A stretch of 64,000 nucleotides of DNA from Octopus sinensis (Eukaryota). How positions within the stretch are numbered: position 1 is the stretch's first letter; each line of letters begins with the position of its first letter. The translations under genes and the position numbers were made by a program. The notes beneath the pieces are model-generated. The model had not been told where the DNA came from. It did not search any database and saw only the letters and a list, made by a program, of their open reading frames with translations. Below are positions 56,154 to 64,000 of the stretch, in pieces. Where the stretch lies: NCBI RefSeq assembly GCF_006345805.1, contig NC_042997.1, positions 2,852,001 to 2,916,000 on the forward strand, in the 5' to 3' direction.

Positions 56154-57716
56154 ATAATTTTTGCGGTGGTGTATTTTAAAGTGGGGAAATGAAAGCAAAT
56201 ATGGCGAACTTAAATTTGTTATGTGTTTCAGCTTTACGATAGAAAATCGTAATAATTTCTCTTTTCCGTATACATATGCTAATTAATTCAGAAAAAATCA
56301 ATCGTACATAATGATGCATATTCTAAAGTTAACTTAAAAAATTGATTCTTCAAGGAAAATGTTTATATTTCACATTAGAATGACCGTAAGAAAATATTTC
56401 GAGCAAATAAATGCATTATATCAGTCCTATAAGAAAGTTTACATATATGCTTTGTTGCTTGTTGATGTTAAAATGAAATTTAATATTAATTTCCTTACTG
56501 ATTGCACATTTCTGAAGTTTAAAACATAATATACGCAATAACTGCGAAGTTTTCGGGAAAGTAAATCCAATATACAGACGCACATGAAAGGAGGAAGTCC
56601 AAACTGATATCTGTTCAAGCGTGCAATGGAGGTTCTATTGGAAAACCAGTGGGACACACTGTCTCACTCATGCACGTATATGAATACACACACGTTTATG
56701 TGTGTATGTGTGTGTGTGTGTGTGTGTGGCTGTGTCTGCATGTGCATATAGTTGCTTGCGTGTAAACATAAGTGATATTAGCCTCGCTTTCTTTGTGTGC
56801 ATGTATATATATATATATACACACATATATATATATGTATATATGTATATACACATATATGTATATGTATATATATATATACATATATATAAATATATAT
56901 ATATAAATACACACATATATATATATATGTATACACATACATATATGAATATATAGTGTGTTAGAGAGAGAGAGAGAGTAGGGAGAGAGAGGGAGAGAGA
57001 AGAGTGACAGGAGGATAATGGGGATGCAGTAATACAGTATCAAAAATGATATATATTACTTGGATCGGAAAAGGTGAAAGCGCAGTATTTAGAAGCGAAG
57101 TGTCAATTAAGAGAAATGGATGATGGAGAGAATGGCAAAAGAGATGGACCATGAAATAGAAGAAAAAGAGGAGAATTAACGGGAATTCATCGCTTCCTGT
57201 AGAGATTCATGAGATGTGGTGATGAAATACAGATTATTTGATAACATCAAAATGATAAAGAATAAACGAAAACGGATAAAAAAAAAATTCGTATGATGTG
57301 ATGTTAATAAAAAGAAAACAAAAAGAGCGAGCGCGCACAAATATATAAATATAATAAAATACAGATCGGTGGAGATTACATAAAGAAATACAAGTGAAGG
57401 TAAAGAAACATGCACAATAAATAGTTAAATACATTAGAGAAGCACAAGGAAAGGAGGTCAATCCACTGCCTGAGCTGAAGTCTTTACATCATAGCAGTAA
57501 AGTAGTTTACAAGCATGCATACACATTCATCTGATTGTGTTACAGCTCCAGGAAAAACACGATAATAAATCATGCTTCTGCAATATTAAACCGCATTTTA
57601 CACCCTCACAAAATATTGCTTTAAACAACATTTTTTATCCGAATTATGTTCGGCATTCTCTTTCATTTTAATTTCATTTCGTTTTATAATTGTTGTTATA
57701 TTTGTTTCCCAATTCC

Positions 57717-57718
<2 letters not shown>

Positions 57719-57770
<52 letters not shown>
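57719..57770. repeat. (TTA)n microsatellite
   Basis: Direct inspection. Confidence 0.95.
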
Positions 57771-58324
57771 TTCATCATCACCACCATCACCGTTGTTGTT
57801 GCATGTTTGCTGTTATTATTGTTATTATCATCGTTGTTAGCAGCAGTAGTACTTGTTGTAGTTGTGGAAATTAATGCATTTCCACGAGAAATTGAAAGAA
57901 AATAATTTTGGAAAATTGTAATAAACTGCTTCAAAGAATAAAATATAAACAGGAAAGAAATCAATAAAACAGGAAGCAAAACGATAAATCCTTACAACAA
58001 ATCAAATTCACCTCAAAAGCCTTGCGCTTACATTGGATAAAATTTATGATAATAAAATATCTTGCATTTGATACCTCTTAATGATGCAATCTTTGTATTT
58101 TTTTTAAGAAGTCAATATCATTATCCATCACTGATATTTACAACGCATGATCAATAGTAAGAAAAGAAGAAAGAAAAATTGAACACATTTTGTGATGTTC
58201 AATTAGTATCAAAGGAGCAGCTTCGATTGTATGCGAAGGTGATCATAAAAAAGTAGTAGTGGGACAGAGATACCTGAACACATACGCGCAAGTACACACA
58301 CATGCACGCATACGCACACACATT

Positions 58325-58369
<45 letters not shown>

Positions 58370-58453
58370 GCGTGCGTGTATACATGTGTGTATGTTGATA
58401 TATGCATGTGTGCTTATATGCATGCATATGTAGTTTGTGCACAAGTGTATATA

Positions 58454-58502
<49 letters not shown>

Positions 58503-60067
58503 AGTAAATGTACAAGCAAAATGTGTAGCATTGATACTCCTTTACTTGACGTTAGTTGTATTTAATAAGAGTTCAACGGAACTCCACCTTACTTAAAATT
58601 TCGATGGCATGAAATAATTGTTTCACATAGGGGATAGTAACCGATTTCTTGTTGCCGCATTATAAATTACTTTGCGTGGCAGTTATAAAACCGTTGCAAA
58701 CTCTACCGGCAACCAGATCTAATGAACTAGTCCCATAGTTTCGAGAAGAAGGCCATCGGATGAATATCTTGAATATTTAGTAGACAATTTGAATTAAACG
58801 CTTCTATTGCTGGATGCTTATGAATATTTGAGAACCACTACTGTTTCACTATGATAGAAATTGAAACTCTGGGGAATTGCTGCAGAACTAAGTTTCCCAG
58901 ATTCGTCATGTTATGAATCCTGAATACTATATATTCCTGTTGTACTTGGCCCGTAATAAATATCCCAATTAAAACGATATATAGCCAGAAAGAATAGTTT
59001 TAGGAATTACCAAGATTATATAAAAAAATTCTCCAGTTATCTTGAGTGTAGAAAGCGAAAAGTAATCTGGTTATGTCTTCTATTCGATATAAATTTTTCC
59101 ACAAATTTAGGTAGGTGCTTTGTAAAGCTGGAAAAATATCCATCTAACATTCATTTTAATGTCAATGTTTGCTAGATATGTTCAGAAATTATAGGTCTTC
59201 AAATTATATGTTACAACATAGAATAGTATGTACCTATAAAATTAAGACTTACACAATAATCTTTAAATTACTAAATAATACGAAATATCAGTTTGTTGAT
59301 CCAACACTTAAATTCCCTTCGTTTTCAGAGTTTCAATCCCACCATAAGATGACAACGCAAGATAAAAGATGGGTACGACAACCAATGAAATTAAATGAAG
59401 ATACAAGTAAAATGTTTTATTTGTAAAGTGTAGGGAAAGGAACTATTACATCCATTTTCAACTTCAGCTGGAAACTGCGGAATAGTGGGAGAGATCCCTC
59501 CCCACCCGTTGCTTGTGGTAGCCAACTCTATCTGTCTAGGAGACCTCATATAATTCAATAGCTCATATTAGGAATCAATAGAGAATATGACATATCTTGT
59601 TGTCTTCATTAGTTTTAGGAAATGTTTACTGAATGTCAAGCAATTTGCTGCTGATAACACGGACACAAAACTCTATTCCAAGATGAGCTGCATTGAAACA
59701 CGATGTATATATGAACCGTAGTGGCCGTATACATTATATACACTTTATGTTGGTTGCGCAAACTCAGTTCTGAGTTGACACCATTAATTTACGCTACCTG
59801 AAAGTTGTTAATTACTAAAATGCAATGAAATGTGGACATAGCAAAAAAAAAAAAGAAGCTAAATATGAATGTACAGTCAGTCAGATGACATGTACGGTCG
59901 AATTGAGGTAGGAATATCTGGAAACATTTAAAATTACTTTTATATACACCCGATGAAGTGTCTGTGTGCAAAACATACGACATTTTCAGTAATGTTAAGC
60001 TGATCCAAACTATCATCACACTCACACACACACCTAACACACACATAAATATATATGTATGTCTATA

Positions 60068-60107
<40 letters not shown>

Positions 60108-60128
60108 TGTATAAATGTATAGTTATAC

Positions 60129-60172
<44 letters not shown>

Positions 60173-60193
60173 GTTTATATGTGTGTATACATA

Positions 60194-60234
<41 letters not shown>

Positions 60235-60236
60235 TT

Positions 60237-60358
60237 TTTTATAGAAGGAGCTTCTACAGGACTAGTACTGTTTCATTCAAAAGAAATCATCAGGAAGCTT
60301 CCTGATGATTTCTTTTGAATGAAACAGTTCTAGTCCTGTAGAAGCTCCTTCTATAAAA
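60237..60358. repeat. Zero-spacer palindrome, 61-bp arms, centred on AAGCTT (60295-60300)
   Basis: One mismatch between arms (actagTactg vs actagAactg); left arm abuts (TA)n. Confidence 0.95.
60296..60346 (+). ncRNA. Hammerhead fold with canonical core in the right arm of the palindrome (mirror copy on minus strand, 60249-60299)
   Basis: CTGATGA (60302-60308); short stem II TTC-tttt-GAA with U.U closing mismatch; GAAAC; AGTTCTA; GUC^ (60335). The 5' strand of stem I lacks TACAG relative to the 3' strand CTGTAGAAGCT. Confidence 0.6.
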
Positions 60359-61434
60359 TAAATTAATTTACTCTGCTATGTATTGAGTACCTTATTTACT
60401 GTGGTTAACCCCGACTCAACCCGGGACCTACATATATATATATATATGTAGGTACGCACGAGAAAATTCCCTCGATCTCTCTCTATATATATACTGTTTC
60501 ATATACATACACGCACACACACATATATATTATATATACATATACTTGCATGTATGTACATATGTATAATGACAATGTATATTGATAATGAATTGTAACC
60601 AGCACCGAATAAGAAACTTATTTAGCAGCCCATATTAAGCGTTAATGACGACGATGAGGATGATGATGATGGGGAGGGGAGGAGGAGAGTAATAATAACG
60701 GTTGGTTAAGGAGACAAGATCATCATTATGATGCGCACGTTTATCACTGCCATAATCATCATATTCTCCATTTTTGAGGTTTAACATGATGAATATTATG
60801 GCCATGATTATTTCTCACATCTCAGAAAATGCTTTCAAAGAGAATTCTCATTTACTACACATGATTTAATATCCTTCCTGTGAAATCGATTTTTATCAAA
60901 GTTCAAACACGCTTTTATTTTGAATGTTTCTTGACATTATACATTACCGTTTGCTTAACATGGATATATCTTTGAGGAGAAACACGCGCAAGGAAAATTT
61001 GAAAAAGAGCAGAATGTCAAAATGTTGTATTAAAAATTAGCAAGCAAATTACTCGTAATATATAAGGAGAGCTACTTACCATATATAATGCAACAAGAAG
61101 AAAGCTATCTTACCTGAAAAATAATGGAAAGGAAATGATACAGGTTATTGAGATATAATAAATATTACAAGAATAGTGCAATAAATATATTATCGATGTT
61201 TCAATGTGAATAAAATGTAAATTTGTAATATTTAATATTGGCTTTGTATAACTTCACTTTATATAACATATGCAGCCATTACAAAAAAAAAAAAGAAAAA
61301 GAAAATATAAGATTCAAGGTCGTAGTTTATATGTACATAATGCATGTTATGTACGAATGTGCGCATGTGTTTTTAAGTATGAAAGATATGAAAGTAAATG
61401 TATATTCTATATGTATATAAATCCATACATACAC

Positions 61435-61501
<67 letters not shown>

Positions 61502-61895
61502 TATTATATATATATGAGTGTATATGTGTAAGTGAATACGTGAATGTATGCGTGTGTCAGTGTCTATGATTTTTTGCATTTGCAACATTAAATTATTAAA
61601 ATATATGTATGTAGCTCTCTTATGCTGAGAAAGAGATACAGTGTGCAGAGAAAAGAGATGTAACAACTATCGATATATGTATGACTGACAAAGCGTGACG
61701 CATTAGTCTATGCAGAGATATAATAAATATTGCGGTTCTAACTTAATGAGAAATATATATATTTGGAAAGGAAGCGAGATTGCGAAATGCTGCGTCGTAT
61801 ATTATGCAGCATATACTTTAAGTAAAATATTGGCTTCAAATTGAATATTCCCCTAAATTAGAGAGTATAAACAAAATAACTTGAATAATCAAATA

Positions 61896-61934
<39 letters not shown>

Positions 61935-62539
61935 TATATATATATATATATATGCGCACATAATACACACACACACACACATACACACACACACAAATAT
62001 ATACAACATTAGATAGACAATGCTTTATTCACTACAGCTGTTTCCAACGAATTTTTAAGTTGGTTACATAATATGAAAAAGAAAATAAAAAACGGTTTCA
62101 TCAGATTAATATACATGAATTACACATTTAGAACATCCAAAATAGCCAGTTTGCGCCACTTTATGGTTCACTGATTAGTAATATCCCCAAAATGCTTTTT
62201 CACCATTATCCATCTGCTGTTATGTTGTTACATTATGATGACTTTTCCTATTCGGAAACTCTTATTTGGCCTGGATCCAGAGTATATTAAGTGCAGTACA
62301 CTGGTGCCGTGTTTGTTTTTCTGTGCAGCTTTGAGACTCATAATATACTTAGTCGCGTTCGGCCAAAGATGAATACTGCTTAGACGTCGGTATAAAAGTA
62401 TGTGTTCCTATGCTTTCGTAACATACACGATTTACTTTACTTAACCCAAACTTGAGTTGTACCACTTAAGCAACTAATTGACTTTAACCCGGAACCTATG
62501 TATATATAAATGTATATAGTAAATCCCTAAAAGGTAGAT

Positions 62540-62700
62540 GATCGAGCACAAAAAAACCAACAACGTGAGGACGTGGTACATGTAAAGTATTAGCAGATGC
62601 TCCGGGAAAAAACGTTTCGAGCAACGCACTTCTTCAGATACAGAGAGAAGACCAATAGAAATGAAGAGGGAGGAAGAAAATCGCCAAAGATTCACAGGTG
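62540..62700 (-). mobile_element. Short element with hammerhead core (62607-62640)
   Basis: Minus strand CTGAAGA-A-GTGC gtt GCTC-GAAACGTT; core canonical, stem I 3' strand missing; downstream ccggagcatc..taatac..cacgtcctcacgttgttg shared with the 41490 and 63760 elements. Confidence 0.6.
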
Positions 62701-63130
62701 GTTACATATATATGCGAGAGATATATATAGCAGGTAAGTCTATGTAAGTGCTATAGGAAGACCGAGGTTCGACTCTCGGTTCGATAATAAAACGAGTGAT
62801 GAGTCTAATGCGGAGACATAAAGGTAGACTTACAACTGTTAATGGGATATTAGAGATATCCCTTCTTCAGATATGATATGAGGGAGTTAACCACAGGGAA
62901 ATAATAGAGTTCAAGATGAGGAGTTATTTTGTAAAAGTATGGATATAGAAAGTATAAAGGGAAATAAGTGAATGAAAATAAATGTAAAAAGATATATATA
63001 GGATATATATATACATTATCCAAGGAATGTGCTGTGTAGAATGTGTAAAAATATCTCTTGTCTATTGTATACAGATACTTATAGGAGTTCATATTTTGTT
63101 TTGACATATCTTCAGACTACATAATAACAC
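62690..63130 (-). mobile_element. PLE 3' end/pseudo-LTR with broken hammerhead (62826-62874)
   Basis: Minus frame NRQEIFLHILHSTFLG resembles the PLE N.R.EI..C.H terminus. Then CTGAAGA-A-GGGATAT ctcta ATATCCC-A-TTAA-CAGTTG-TA, the same family as 46870 with GAAA mutated. Confidence 0.55.
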
Positions 63131-63759
63131 AAAGCTATCCTTCTCAGGTAAAAATTTGAACGAGTATAAAGAGATGAGCTAGAATTTTCATGATGACAAA
63201 TGCAGCAAACTGCATATCGGATAAGTGGTATTGTAAAAACTATCATTCGAAATTATAGAGAAATTAGAAGTATAACGGGCAAGCAGAAAGCAATGATATC
63301 AGATATCAGAAAACTCTATTATTTCAAAGTGTTATCTAATTAGTTTATAGCGACAGCCAAGATATGTCCTTAATGTCATTAAACAAGGAAGACATCTTGT
63401 CGGTTAAGTACGATAAAAGAAAGCAGACCTCAGGGCAGAAGAAAGTCATAAAACTCTCATGAAATTTTCGCGTATAGACATACAGAGACACAAATGCATA
63501 CGTATTTATGCATTTGGGTGAATGCATATACTTTATTTGACAATATTATCACAACTTTCATGCCGAAAGGAAACTCTCAACAATTATCAAGGTTGCCACA
63601 TTTAACACCCCTGAAACAAATGATAGTCTTGTTAACCCACATGATAAGAGACGCACACGCAGACCTCCGCGCACGCACATATCCACACATATACACACTT
63701 TCCTCTTCCTGTCTTTGAAAAATCTTTCTTCAGCCATTTCCTACCGGTCTTTCAAAATG

Positions 63760-63957
63760 TGACCGCGTGTGTACCGTAGGCGATTTTTTTGCCTTTGTCT
63801 TCCCTTCTCGAAATCTTTCCTTCTCCTATGTTTCGGACGAAGAGCTCTGCTCGAAACATTAAGCCCTCCTTCTTTCCTTCTTTCCTGAGCGTCGAATAAT
63901 ACTATATTTGTTCCACGCCCTCGCGTTGTTGTATTTTTTGTGCTTTCTTTTTGGGAT

Positions 63958-63960
<3 letters not shown>
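63760..63960 (+). mobile_element. Short (TA)n-terminated element with hammerhead relic (63828-63862)
   Basis: CGGACGA-A-GAGC tct GCTC-GAAACATT, then tttcctgagcgtc.aataa...cgcgttgtt...ttt.gatt.actatatat, closely matching 27428-27575. Confidence 0.6.

Positions 63961-64000
<40 letters not shown>

Noticed and set aside
63340-63465. Short protein-like open frame DMSLMSLNKEDILSVKYDKRK
   Set aside because: No recognisable family, start or splice context.

Overview
AT-rich eukaryotic non-coding DNA in which I could not support any intact host protein-coding exon, tRNA or rRNA gene. The SINE sequences and the extreme (TA)n/(CA)n/(CATA)n density resemble Octopus (cephalopod) genomic DNA; that is an inference from recalled repeat sequences, not a database search. 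The window is a mosaic of decayed transposons: two CR1/L2-like LINE remnants, two mariner remnants, a Merlin-like MITE with an 8-bp TSD and internal TTAGGG repeats, about 12 tRNA-type SINE copies, and several Penelope-like element (PLE) GIY-YIG/3' fragments. Nearly all long entries in the ORF track are microsatellite read-throughs. The most notable structure is a dispersed set of minimal type I hammerhead-ribozyme (HHR) folds with palindromic stem III, sitting in PLE-type termini next to (TA)n tracts. They include apparently compensatory core variants: U3-A8 at 44753-44795 and G3-C8 at 8618-8667, alongside canonical C3-G8 copies. Two HHR-bearing units are mirrored into near-perfect zero-spacer palindromes, both centred on AAGCTT. 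A third young palindrome, two old diverged fold-back structures and two ~1.04-kb tandem duplications are also present. All folds and alignments were done by eye; ribozyme activity is untested.
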